A DNA stretch of 34,545 nt from Deltaproteobacteria bacterium (lineage in GTDB: Bacteria > Desulfobacterota > GWC2-55-46 > DRQE01), in NCBI GenBank assembly GCA_023134165.1, contig JAGLUZ010000088.1, positions 1 to 34,545 of the forward strand. Reading direction: 5' to 3'. Shown here in pieces: positions 17,693-27,313 of this stretch. Numbering within the stretch: the stretch's first letter is position 1; every line of letters begins with the position of its first letter. The notes below the pieces were generated by a model that did no database searches, was not told the origin of the DNA, and saw only the letters and a program-made list of their open reading frames with translations. Both the position numbers and the translations under genes were made by a program.

Positions 17693-20590
17693 CTAAGCGT
17701 CTTTTTCTGCTGTGCCTTCACCACTGGTAGTATCATCACTACCCGCAGAATCTGGATCTGGTTTAGGCTTTACAGGCAAGGTAAAGACAGGTGCCTTAAA
17801 CCACTTTAGTCTTAGTGCATTTAGAACAACACTTACAGAGCTCATTGCCATAACAGCGGCCGCATATACTGGATTTAGCACAATACCAAAGAAAGGGTAA
17901 AGGATGCCAGCGGCTACAGGGATAAGTGTTGCATTATAGAAAAATGCCCAAAAAAGATTTTGCTTGATATTCCTAATCGTTGCCCTGCTAAGTTCAATGG
18001 CAGTGACAATATGACGGAGATCATCTCGTATGAGGGTTATATCAGAGGCCTCCAAGGCAATATCAGCGCCACTACCAACGGTTATACCAACGTCAGCGCA
18101 GGCAAGAGCAGGTGCGTCATTTACACCGTCCCCAACCATTGCTACGTACCTTCCAGGTTGCTGAAGCCTCTTCACCTCAATGGCCTTATCCTCTGGTAAA
18201 ACCTCAGGGAGGATTCTTTTAATACCAAGCTCAGCACCAACTGCAAAGGCAGTTCGTCTGTTATCCCCAGTTAAGAGTACAACCTCTATACCAAGGGCTT
18301 GAACAGCTCTAATTGCCTCCCTTGAGTTTTCTTTTAGAGTATCAGCTACAGCAATAGCACCGAGGATAACGCTATCTAGTGCAATAAGGACCGGGGTCTT
18401 GCCTGCCTCAGCCAATTGGTTTATCTTCTCCTCAAGGCTACGAGGGATAAGTACGTCTTGCTCCTCCATAAAACTTTCATTACCAATTACAACCTCACCC
18501 TCATCTATTGTAGCACTAACACCGTAACCAGCATCAGCCTTAAAGCTCTCAATCTCTTCTACCTTGATATTACGTTTTTCTGCTTCTGCTACTATTGCCT
18601 TGCCAATTGGGTGCTCAGAGCCTGTCTCAACACCAGCGGCAATCCTAAGGACAGCATCTGCATCATGGCCAGTCTCCTCAGAAGCTATAACGTCAGTGAC
18701 CGAGGGCTCTCCTTTTGTAAGAGTCCCAGTCTTATCAAAGACCATAATAGAGACCTTATGGGCAATCTCCAAAGAATCTCCACCCTTAATTAACACCCCG
18801 AGTTCAGCCCCCCTGCCCGTACCAACCATAATAGAGGTTGGGGTTGCAAGCCCAAGTGCGCACGGACAAGCGATAATAAGGACAGTCACAAAGGCAAGAA
18901 CAGCGTGCGTAAAACTTGGCTCAGGGCCAAGGAGGACCCAGATAAAGAAGGTTACCATTGAGATGGCTATAACGACTGGAACAAAGTAAGAGGCTACGAG
19001 GTCTGCTGTCTTCGCAATTGGCGGCTTTGCACCTTGCGCCTCCTCAACCATCGTAATAATTCGTGAAAGTACAGTTTCTTTTCCAACCCTAAGGGCTTGA
19101 AACTTAAAGGCACCTGTCTTATTTATTGTCCCAGCCGTAACCAAGCCCCCTGCACTCTTATCAACAGGCATACTCTCACCTGTTACCATAGATTCATCAA
19201 CCGAAGAAGCCCCGCTTAGGATAACCCCGTCTACGGGAACTCTCTCACCAGGTCTAACAACTAGGATATCGCCTGCGACAATATCCTCAAGTGGAACTTC
19301 TGTCTCTGTGCCTTCCCTAAAGATACACGCAGTATCTGGGCGTAGGGATATAAGTTTTTTTATTGCATCTGTTGTGCGAGCTCTGGCACGAGCCTCCAAG
19401 AACCTGCCAAATAAAATAAGTACAATAATTGCCGCTGAGGTATCAAAGTAAACAGCAAGCTCGATAACTGAGGCCTCAAAAAATACAGGATAAAAAGTAA
19501 CCAAAACGCTGAAAAAGTATGCCGCACTAGTACCAACAACAATTAAGGTATTCATATCTGCGCCGTGACGAGTAAGAGACTTCCAAGCCCCGCGGTAGAA
19601 CTCAAAGCCGCACCAAAACTGGACAGGTGTTGCCAGGACAAACTGAGCAATAAATATCTCTTTTGTTGTGAGAGTGATAATATTACCAAGACCTAGGAAG
19701 GTGGCATTCATTAGGATAAATATCGGTACTGTAAGGAGTGTGCCAATACCAAGACGAAGCTTTAAATTCTTATCAATACTTTGTTTCTCTGGCGTCTCAC
19801 CAGAATACTGACTCTTCTCTTCATCTCCTAACTCATCAACTTCAAAGCCTGAGGTCTCAATGGCACGTATAATCTCTCTTAATGTAAGTGCTGTTGGTAG
19901 GTACTCAATTATTGCCTTGCTTGAGGAAGAAGTTACGTAGACCCCGACCATACCATCGAGTGCGTCAACTGCGGCCGTAACCAAGTCAGTACTATCAATT
20001 GAGGTCATCCCAACTACAGGAAGAGTTACTTTTTTGGTAGATACACCGTACCCAGTTGAACGAACAATATTTAATAAGTCAATTAAAGTAATATCTAGGC
20101 TATCATAGACAATCCTAATTTTTTCAATGGCAAAATTAACGCTCGCTGAGATTACACCATCAATACTATCAAAGGCATGCTCTATCTTTGAAGCACATGA
20201 GGCACAGGTCATCCCTGTAATTGCGATATGGATTGTTTTTCGTCCTCTATCAGAGGAAAAAACCGATTTTTTATTTTTTAGGAGTAAATTGACCTCAGGT
20301 AGGTTAGCCTTAGGCGTTTGGGACGCGTCCATTGCTCCATCTTCCGTATCATCAGCATTAGTATCACCATCAACCTCAAAGGAAAGGTTTTCCTTAAAGC
20401 GAACCTCTTCAGCCTCTGTCGTGGACTCTACTGCTTCCTCTGTAGGCTTTGAGAGAAAGACCTCTGGACTACGCACAAAGATATCCTTGCAGCTCGTTGA
20501 GCAAAAGTAGAAGGTATTACCTTCAAAATCAGAGTTAATACTTCGCTCAGAGCCCTCCACAAACATGCCGCAGACTGGATCTTGTACCAT
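17693..20590 (-). CDS. copA: Copper(I)-translocating P1B-type ATPase with N-terminal YHS and HMA domains
   Basis: YHS (DPVCGM..FCSTSC), [36 protein letters not shown] and MAMSS. Confidence 0.95.
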   Translation of the reverse strand: MVQDPVCGMFVEGSERSINSDFEGNTFYFCSTSCKDIFVRSPEVFLSKPTEEAVESTTEAEEVRFKENLSFEVDGDTNADDTEDGAMDASQTPKANLPEVNLLLKNKKSVFSSDRGRKTIHIAITGMTCASCASKIEHAFDSIDGVISASVNFAIEKIRIVYDSLDITLIDLLNIVRSTGYGVSTKKVTLPVVGMTSIDSTDLVTAAVDALDGMVGVYVTSSSSKAIIEYLPTALTLREIIRAIETSGFEVDELGDEEKSQYSGETPEKQSIDKNLKLRLGIGTLLTVPIFILMNATFLGLGNIITLTTKEIFIAQFVLATPVQFWCGFEFYRGAWKSLTRHGADMNTLIVVGTSAAYFFSVLVTFYPVFFEASVIELAVYFDTSAAIIVLILFGRFLEARARARTTDAIKKLISLRPDTACIFREGTETEVPLEDIVAGDILVVRPGERVPVDGVILSGASSVDESMVTGESMPVDKSAGGLVTAGTINKTGAFKFQALRVGKETVLSRIITMVEEAQGAKPPIAKTADLVASYFVPVVIAISMVTFFIWVLLGPEPSFTHAVLAFVTVLIIACPCALGLATPTSIMVGTGRGAELGVLIKGGDSLEIAHKVSIMVFDKTGTLTKGEPSVTDVIASEETGHDADAVLRIAAGVETGSEHPIGKAIVAEAEKRNIKVEEIESFKADAGYGVSATIDEGEVVIGNESFMEEQDVLIPRSLEEKINQLAEAGKTPVLIALDSVILGAIAVADTLKENSREAIRAVQALGIEVVLLTGDNRRTAFAVGAELGIKRILPEVLPEDKAIEVKRLQQPGRYVAMVGDGVNDAPALACADVGITVGSGADIALEASDITLIRDDLRHIVTAIELSRATIRNIKQNLFWAFFYNATLIPVAAGILYPFFGIVLNPVYAAAVMAMSSVSVVLNALRLKWFKAPVFTLPVKPKPDPDSAGSDDTTSGEGTAEKDA

Positions 20591-20769
20591 AGAATTATCA
20601 CCAAAGAGGCCTAGAAAAGAACCTCTGCCTTGCTAAATATAATATTAAGTACTAAGAAAAAAAGATACCTCGGAAAAGCCGAGAAAAAAACTTTTAGAAT
20701 ACTTTATGAGGGTTATAAAGAGAGAGCATCAATACCTCAAAGAGAGATGCCACGTGGAATGGGAGCTGA

Positions 20770-21165
20770 CTAATAACCAATCTTTCCGTGCTTTTCAGGT
20801 AAAACAGTACTCCCATCCATAAGGTTCCAAAGCAGGTAAGCCACCACTTCTGGGACAAGGGCTGTGTACTGGTTGCCTGAACGAGCAAGATCACTCCTCA
20901 TAGCTTTTTTTGCATCCTCATTGCCAGTAAGGTCAAAGATTATATCGATTTCCTCCCCCATAGCCACAAGCTCTTTTGGGTCATTTACAACATTAATCCC
21001 TTTATCCTTTGCAAGCTCAATGCCTGGAGCATCTTTATTTATCTCAGCAACGGCAACAATCTCGACGCCAGTGCCGATTTTATCTGCAAATTTCCTTAAA
21101 AAAGTAGTCCCAACCTGACCAAGTCCAGCTATTGCAACCTTTAAATCCCTCTTATTGTCTGTCAA
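20770..21165 (-). CDS. Small stand-alone NAD(P)-binding Rossmann-fold protein (homoserine dehydrogenase/Gfo-like N-terminal domain only)
   Basis: VAIAGLGQVG (GxGxxG), EIVAVAE, IDIIFDLTG; TTG start with SD GGAGG. Confidence 0.75.
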   Translation of the reverse strand: MTDNKRDLKVAIAGLGQVGTTFLRKFADKIGTGVEIVAVAEINKDAPGIELAKDKGINVVNDPKELVAMGEEIDIIFDLTGNEDAKKAMRSDLARSGNQYTALVPEVVAYLLWNLMDGSTVLPEKHGKIGY

Positions 21166-21219
21166 GATGCGCCTCCGTTTTTTAAGTTGCCTCTAGAGCC
21201 AATTGCCCCAAGCCTTAAA

Positions 21220-21249
21220 AGATTAACTTAAGTCTTGGCTCTATGTCAA
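21220..21249 (-). promoter_or_regulatory. Sigma70-type promoter upstream of the Rossmann gene
   Basis: TTGACA-18 bp-TAATCT. Confidence 0.45.
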
Positions 21250-21283
21250 GGAAAAATAATAGCTTTTCCGTAAACTCGGCAAC

Positions 21284-21320
21284 AAAAAAAAGGAAGAGGG
21301 GTTTAACGCCCCTCTTCCTT
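21284..21320 (-). terminator. Intrinsic terminator of pilA
   Basis: AAGGAAGAGGGGC-GTTAA-ACCCCTCTTCCTT plus a T-run on the minus strand. Confidence 0.88.
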
Positions 21321-21346
21321 CTTGATAAAAAAATATACGTTATCGC

Positions 21347-21733
21347 TTAGAAGTATTTAATTGATCCGTCTGCTGTTACATTCGCAGAATTCTGTGGTGC
21401 TGTCTTAAGCAATGTCTGCTTAAGCTGAATAAAACCAGCACCAGCACCATCTAGATTTGCACTTACAAAGCTGATACCAGCTGAGGTTTGATAGCCATAC
21501 TGTTGAAGAATTGCAAGAGTTGTTACTGTTCCATCAACCTTATCGGTTAAGTAAGCCATTGAAGCTGTGTAGGCATTCTTAATATCAGAGGTAAGACCAG
21601 CTTTGTAACCACGTTGCTTGTACTTACTGAACTGAGGAATAGCGATGGCTGCAAGAATTGCGATAATGGCCACAACTATCAAGAGTTCAATCAAGGTAAA
21701 ACCACTTTCTTTCTTGAGTAGTTTTTTAAACAT
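21347..21733 (-). CDS. pilA: Type IVa major pilin, Geobacter-like N-terminus
   Basis: Class III signal G|FTLIELLIVVAIIAILAAIAIPQF; SD AAGGAG; downstream of pilSR with a sigma54 promoter. Confidence 0.95.
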   Translation of the reverse strand: MFKKLLKKESGFTLIELLIVVAIIAILAAIAIPQFSKYKQRGYKAGLTSDIKNAYTASMAYLTDKVDGTVTTLAILQQYGYQTSAGISFVSANLDGAGAGFIQLKQTLLKTAPQNSANVTADGSIKYF

Positions 21734-21795
21734 TTTAGTTCTCCTTTTTTTGTTTTATTCCTAAATTAAAATTGTTTGATATGTTCTGATTATAA

Positions 21796-21811
21796 TGCAA
21801 CCTCCGTGCCA
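21796..21811 (-). promoter_or_regulatory. Sigma54 (-24/-12) promoter of pilA
   Basis: TGGCAC-GGAGG-TTGCA, matching the consensus. Confidence 0.9.
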
Positions 21812-21849
21812 AAACTCAAACTTCTTTAAAAACAACTACTTACCATTTA

Positions 21850-21908
21850 TGACCAGAGGCAATCTGTCAGATTATGACAAAAAACGTCACTTTGGTTGTT
21901 TTTTGTCA
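21850..21908. promoter_or_regulatory. Probable PilR upstream activating sequences
   Basis: Cluster of TGAC/GTCA half-sites: TGTCA-N5-TGACA (21865-21879), TGAC-N7-GTCA (21875-21889) and TGTCA (21904-21908), upstream of the sigma54 promoter. Confidence 0.55.
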
Positions 21909-24184
21909 TTTTTTGCGTCTTCTTTTGAGCTAAATTTCATAAGTTCTTTAATGAGTGTGCCAGCAATCTCTTCATATGTATCATCTTCCTCTACAGAAAA
22001 CCGATAATATTTCAAAGCATTTGGAATATCCCCTATCTCAAGGTAGGAATTTCCAAGGTAATACAGAGCCTTGGCTCGTAGTTGTTTTACCTCAATTGAA
22101 AATGCAGCCCTCGTTAGGTACCGAATAGAACATTCAAAATCCCCAACCTCAAAGCATGAGAGGCCAAGTGCCATCAAACCTTCCTTTTCAATCTTATCCC
22201 AGACCGTTGTTGCGTGCCTCTCTAAGTATTTAACGGCATTTACGTAGTCCTTTAACTCATAATAAGTAACCCCTAGGCCAAGGTTACCCTTACTAAACTC
22301 GCCACGTATTGTTTTAAAGACCTCTAAGGCCTCGCTGCGTCGCTCTAAGGCATTTAAGGCAATCCCTAAGTCATAACCAACAAAGGGGTCACTGCTAATT
22401 TCAAAGGCTTCTTGCAGTGTTTTTACGGCTTGCTCCTGATATTCCTTGCCAAGTTTCATCTCGATTAGTCCCTTAACCCGTAGAGGGGTGATAAATCTCT
22501 CGGTAATCCCCTCTTTTTTGTAAAAACCAAGAACCCTCTCAACCTCAAGTAAGCTCTTCTTTAGCTGAGCCTCACCAGTATCAAAGATATACTGCCTCTC
22601 ATCATCACTGCAAGGATTAAGAGAATTAAAGCCCCACCTTGATATTAGTTCTTTATTGGCTTCATTGTTTTTCAGGTAAAGAACTGAGGTGTCATCAAAG
22701 ACGACCGCACTCCAGTCCTTGGCACCCTCAAAGACAGAGCACACTTTGTCAGTTGTACTAATCAGTGCCACTTTAAAGCCGTGTTCTTGCTCGAGCCTAC
22801 CAAGGCGAGCCTGGTCACTTATCTGGCGAGTTTTCCAAAAATGATAAGGGGAATAAACAGTTGGAGTTCTACCATCGATAAAAGGAGCTATATCGTTATA
22901 AATAAGGTAACCACCATAAACATACTTATTATAGATTGCCCCCTCTGGTTCTTTATCTTTAATAAAACTAAGGCTACCTTCTGGAAAAACCCCACGCTTT
23001 AAATCAAGACCATAACCGTTTATAGTTCCAACAAGAAACGCATTATAGGAAAGGCCAAGGGTTAGGATAAGGACGAGTAAAAAAGAGAACTTCTCTACTA
23101 ATTCACCATTCTTCTTTGAGCCTTCTCGTTGAAAATATCCCCCGTAAGTAGCAACCATCGGAGCTGAGATAAAAGCAAAAAGAGGAATCCACCTAGCATG
23201 ACTTGTTGCCATATAAAGAAAAGCAGAGGTAATCATCAGATCACGAAGCTTTATCTCTTTTAGTTTACGCAACCACAAAAAGGCCAAGGAATAGAGAAGT
23301 ATTAGGAATGAAGTTTTTTGGAGCGAAAATGGGTACGCATCAAAGAATAACGCACCTAGAGGAACCCTCATCCACTCACCAATATACTGAAGAGCCTCAA
23401 CATTCTCACTGCTTTGATGAATAAACGGAAATACCACGAGTTCAGCACCGTAGGGGTTAATTACCGAGACAAGTGGAATCAGTAAAGAGATAATAAAGAG
23501 CCTTTTAAAATCCTTTGAAAAATCACTTATCCCGCGAGCTTTAATAACCTCAGAGACAAAACTCCCGATGGCATAAGAACCAACGAGAAAAATTCCAAGG
23601 ATAAAACTAGAGTGAATATTAACCCACAAAATTTGAAGCGGAAGAAGTGCTAAGAGGTAAACCGGCAACCCCTTACGCTCCTCTAATCGGTCTAAATTTA
23701 GGAGGAGCAAGTAGAGCGAGACAAAGAGAAAACCAAAGAGGTGTGGTCTTATAAAGAAACGCATCTGTGTTCCAGCAAGAACAAGAAAGAGAAGAGCCAA
23801 GCAGAACCAGGTACGTTTCTTACCTGCAAGGAGTGTAAAGTTTTTCCAAAGAACTATAAAGGTTGACCCGAGAATCACAAACTGGAACACGGCAAGACCA
23901 AACCAGCCACCAAGGTAGGTAAAGACAATATGGGCTATAACCTGAAAACCCCACGTAAAGTCAATCCACTTTGAGCCTCCAAAGGTATAGCTAAATGGGT
24001 CAAAGTCTGGTACTTGAAGGTTCTCAAATATCCACTGACCGCTCTTTAAGGCCCAAAATATATCACTATCCCAGCGTTGTTTCTGAAAAACACTTAACAA
24101 AAGAAATACAGCAAAGACTATAAAAAATAAGATACGCCCTTTATTTTCGTATCTCTGCAAGTAATTACTTATCTGAGTCTTCAT
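21887..24184 (-). CDS. GT-C-like polytopic membrane protein with C-terminal TPRs, putative pilin glycosyltransferase
   Basis: DIFWALKSG..DPFSYT..WIDFTW, RPHLF, LWVNIHSSF, INPYG, IGEW, YGGYLIY..FIDGR motifs of a widespread pilin-locus membrane family; C-terminal TPRs. Confidence 0.65.
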   Translation of the reverse strand: MKTQISNYLQRYENKGRILFFIVFAVFLLLSVFQKQRWDSDIFWALKSGQWIFENLQVPDFDPFSYTFGGSKWIDFTWGFQVIAHIVFTYLGGWFGLAVFQFVILGSTFIVLWKNFTLLAGKKRTWFCLALLFLVLAGTQMRFFIRPHLFGFLFVSLYLLLLNLDRLEERKGLPVYLLALLPLQILWVNIHSSFILGIFLVGSYAIGSFVSEVIKARGISDFSKDFKRLFIISLLIPLVSVINPYGAELVVFPFIHQSSENVEALQYIGEWMRVPLGALFFDAYPFSLQKTSFLILLYSLAFLWLRKLKEIKLRDLMITSAFLYMATSHARWIPLFAFISAPMVATYGGYFQREGSKKNGELVEKFSFLLVLILTLGLSYNAFLVGTINGYGLDLKRGVFPEGSLSFIKDKEPEGAIYNKYVYGGYLIYNDIAPFIDGRTPTVYSPYHFWKTRQISDQARLGRLEQEHGFKVALISTTDKVCSVFEGAKDWSAVVFDDTSVLYLKNNEANKELISRWGFNSLNPCSDDERQYIFDTGEAQLKKSLLEVERVLGFYKKEGITERFITPLRVKGLIEMKLGKEYQEQAVKTLQEAFEISSDPFVGYDLGIALNALERRSEALEVFKTIRGEFSKGNLGLGVTYYELKDYVNAVKYLERHATTVWDKIEKEGLMALGLSCFEVGDFECSIRYLTRAAFSIEVKQLRAKALYYLGNSYLEIGDIPNALKYYRFSVEEDDTYEEIAGTLIKELMKFSSKEDAKNDKKQPK

Positions 24185-25595
24185 ACTTCTCCAGTTTATA
24201 TCTTATCGAGCGGAAGGTTATACCCAGAATCTCAGCGGCTTTTTTCTTCACCCCACCGGCCTTCTTCATAGCAGTCATTATTATCTTTTTCTCAAAATTA
24301 TTTACTGCACTCTCTAGGTTGAAACCCTGTTCAGAGAAATCAGCTGGAGGTGCCTCACTTAGCTCTCCTTGAAAATCAACTGACCTGCTACCAACACCAT
24401 TACCTAGGCCATCTGCAAACCCCTCTCTAATCTCTGGAGGCAAGCAAGGGGGCATTAACTTATCCCCCTTTTCTAGAGCAACACCACGCTCAATTGCGTT
24501 CTCAAGCTCACGCACATTCCCCTTAAAACCGAAGTCAAGGAACATCGCCATGACCTCTTCAGATACACTCTTAACCTCTTTTCCAGCCTCCAAGCAATGC
24601 TTACCTAGAAAATAACGTACAAGGGCAGGGATATCTTCCTTTCTATCCCTAAGGGGCGGGGTTTTTATCCTTATAACATTTAACCTATAGAAGAGATCTT
24701 CCCTGAAACGCCCAGCCTCGACCTCTTTCTCAACGTCCTTATTTGTTGCCGCAACGAGCCTTATATCTACAGATATATCTGTAAGCCCGCCAACGCGTCT
24801 AAAGTTCCTCTCTTGGATAAAACGAAGTAACTTAACCTGCAAGTTAAGTGGCAGTTCCGTTACCTCATCAAGGAAGAGAGTACCTTCATTTGCAAGTTCA
24901 GCAAGGCCTTTTTTATTTGCTACTGCCCCTGTAAAGGCACCTTTTTGGTGGCCAAAAAGCTCACTCTCAAGGAGGTTCTCTGGGACAGCCCCGCAGTTAA
25001 TAGTAACAAATGACGAGTCCTTCCTTGGGCTCTCACCATGTATGGCTCTCGCTATAAGCTCTTTCCCTGTCCCACTCTCTCCAGATATAAGGACATTTGC
25101 CTTGGTCTCTGAAACACTTAAGACCAGTTCATATATCTCCTTCATTGGCGCAGAGGTACCAATAATTCCCCCAAGACCAAAGATTGTCTTTTGATCTTTC
25201 TTCAGTATAAGGTTTTCACGCTTTACCCTTTGCCACTCTAGGGCTCTCTTTAGGTGTAACTTAATATCATCAATATTAAAGGGCTTTGTGAAGTAGTCGT
25301 AAGCCCCAGATTTCATCGCATCAATTGCAGTATCAACTGAGGCGAAAGCCGTAATAATCATAAATATTACCTCAGGGCAAAGCTCCTTTACAGCCTTAAG
25401 GAGACCAACCCCACCCATGCCAGGCATCTTTAAATCCGAGATAATAAGATCCACAGGTGAGCCTTCTATATACTCAAGAGCCTTCTCTGCGGAAGGAAAG
25501 GCAACTGTATCGTACCCCTCTTTACTTAACATTATTGAGAGTAGATCGCGCATACTCTCCTCATCATCCACTATAACTATCTTTTCATTTGCCAT
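24165..25595 (-). CDS. pilR: Sigma54-dependent response regulator PilR
   Basis: Receiver (VDDE, SDLKMP, KPF), AAA+ (GESGTGKE, GAFTGA, LFLDE, GNVREL), Fis-type HTH; located between pilS and pilA. Confidence 0.92.
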   Translation of the reverse strand: MANEKIVIVDDEESMRDLLSIMLSKEGYDTVAFPSAEKALEYIEGSPVDLIISDLKMPGMGGVGLLKAVKELCPEVIFMIITAFASVDTAIDAMKSGAYDYFTKPFNIDDIKLHLKRALEWQRVKRENLILKKDQKTIFGLGGIIGTSAPMKEIYELVLSVSETKANVLISGESGTGKELIARAIHGESPRKDSSFVTINCGAVPENLLESELFGHQKGAFTGAVANKKGLAELANEGTLFLDEVTELPLNLQVKLLRFIQERNFRRVGGLTDISVDIRLVAATNKDVEKEVEAGRFREDLFYRLNVIRIKTPPLRDRKEDIPALVRYFLGKHCLEAGKEVKSVSEEVMAMFLDFGFKGNVRELENAIERGVALEKGDKLMPPCLPPEIREGFADGLGNGVGSRSVDFQGELSEAPPADFSEQGFNLESAVNNFEKKIIMTAMKKAGGVKKKAAEILGITFRSIRYKLEKYEDSDK

Positions 25596-25640
25596 TTAAT
25601 ACCACCGTATTGTATTGGTAAATAAGACTCCGTACTTTTT

Positions 25641-27311
25641 TTAATGCAATGAACGCTCTACAGCAAGAGGGAGAGATACTGAAAATGTCGTCCCCTTTCC
25701 AAGCGTGCTCTTTAGAGTAATTGAGCCGTCGTGTTCTTTTATAATCCTATGGGCAAGGACAAGGCCAAGACCTGTTCCGTTTTCTTTTGTTGAAAAAAAC
25801 GGATCAAATATCTTTGATGCAACATCCTCTGCCATTCCCTCTCCATTATCAGTTATCTCAATTAAGACGTCGTACCTGTCTTTAGTACCCCCTGCTCTAG
25901 GCCTCGACTGAGTGCCAAGTGAGGAGGTTACTTTTAGTACTCCACCACTTGGCATTGCACTTGCCGCATTTAAGAACAAATTCCAAAAAACCTGAGATAA
26001 CTGTCGTTTATCTCCCTCTACAACAAGCCCTGCACGAACACTATCCTCTATAGTTATGAGCTGAGCCTCGGGGGAATTTTCAAAAATATCGAGAGTCTCA
26101 TTGATGATACCACCAAGAGAGAATCTCTCGCTTTGCCCTTTCGCTGGTCTTGCAAAGACAAGGAAATCTGTAATAAGAGCATTTAACCTCTCACTCTCTT
26201 TTAGGACAATCTCCATAAGACGTTTCTTCTCACCATCGAGTTCTAATTCTTGCCCAAGGAGCTGGATTGAACCGCTCATACTGGCCAGAGGGTTACGAAC
26301 CTCATGGGCAAGGGAGGCTGAGAGTTCACCGAGTGCCTTTAATTTATCATCACGTCTAAGTTGCTCCTCAAGGGCCTTAATCTCAGTCATATTCTGAAAG
26401 ATTACAATCATCTCCATATCCCCGCCCTCACCCTTTGTTATTGAAAAACCAAGGCAAAGACCTTCGCTATCTTTAAAGGAGTAGACCCTCTCAAAGTCAC
26501 CAACAAGGTTATCTTTGTTTAAGTGGGTATCAAAGAGATCTGGGAAGACAAAGTTTATATCACCGTAATAAACCTCACGAAGTGAAAAACCAGTAATGGT
26601 CGAGGCCGCTTGGTTAAAAGAGGTTATCCTAAAACGCGCATCTAGGGTGATTATTCCACTCGTAATATTATCAACAATATGCCTGTTTAGTGCCTCCAAG
26701 CGACCGTAATCAATATCACGCTCCTCAAGGGCTCGCTCAATTGTTTCTGTCTTTTTTGCAAGGTAACCACCGAGGTAGGCAACTGTACAGAAGGCAAGTA
26801 TATTTATAGCAAGCGTTGTTAGGACATCCTCTGAGGTTGGGTCAACAACAGATGAGAAGACCTTATACTTTGCAGGGAGAACGCCGTAATAGTCAAGGTC
26901 AAGCAGTAACCCATACGCAAGACAAGATATAACTGCGGTATAGTAGCCACCCCTGCTACCAAGAAGAATTCCACCTCCAATAACAACAAATAGGTAGAGT
27001 ACAGAGAGGTAGCTCTCGGTTGCACCCGTTACAAAGACAATTACAGTTACGAGTGCTACGTCAGCACTTAATTGAAAAAAAGCAAAGAGGCCTAGGTTTT
27101 TTATCTTGTTAAGTAGGAGTGCGTAGATAATGCTAAGGAGCCCAACAACGACCACAACAACATGCATTGGGTAGTAAATGGGCTGGGTAAAGGAGTGACC
27201 GCTGACTTGGAACCAAGTTCCAACAATAAGAAAGGCAATAGCTAGGACAACCCTTAGCACCATCAGGCCAAGGAGCTTTGTCCTAATTGAGTGTTCTGAC
27301 ACAGATGTCAT
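25641..27311 (-). CDS. pilS: Sensor histidine kinase PilS
   Basis: About 6 TM helices, PAS-like region, H-box AHEVRNPL, N box, DNGEG, FDPFFSTK..GTGLGL. Confidence 0.92.
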   Translation of the reverse strand: MTSVSEHSIRTKLLGLMVLRVVLAIAFLIVGTWFQVSGHSFTQPIYYPMHVVVVVVGLLSIIYALLLNKIKNLGLFAFFQLSADVALVTVIVFVTGATESYLSVLYLFVVIGGGILLGSRGGYYTAVISCLAYGLLLDLDYYGVLPAKYKVFSSVVDPTSEDVLTTLAINILAFCTVAYLGGYLAKKTETIERALEERDIDYGRLEALNRHIVDNITSGIITLDARFRITSFNQAASTITGFSLREVYYGDINFVFPDLFDTHLNKDNLVGDFERVYSFKDSEGLCLGFSITKGEGGDMEMIVIFQNMTEIKALEEQLRRDDKLKALGELSASLAHEVRNPLASMSGSIQLLGQELELDGEKKRLMEIVLKESERLNALITDFLVFARPAKGQSERFSLGGIINETLDIFENSPEAQLITIEDSVRAGLVVEGDKRQLSQVFWNLFLNAASAMPSGGVLKVTSSLGTQSRPRAGGTKDRYDVLIEITDNGEGMAEDVASKIFDPFFSTKENGTGLGLVLAHRIIKEHDGSITLKSTLGKGTTFSVSLPLAVERSLH

Positions 27312-27313
27312 CG

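Noticed and set aside
16831-17739. Two separate genes or a nonsense pseudogene (track ORFs 16831..17085 and 17110..17739)
   Set aside because: They are in frame across a TGA in U-x-x-C with a SECIS hairpin, so one selenoprotein is the better reading
17459-20510. Plus-strand ORFs opposite copA and the selenoprotein, and similar antisense ORFs throughout the window
   Set aside because: They lie antisense to well-supported genes and show no motifs of their own
20631-20651. AT-rich near-palindrome upstream of copA as a copper-regulator operator
   Set aside because: No match to the CsoR, CueR or CopY consensus that I can recognise, and no regulator gene is adjacent
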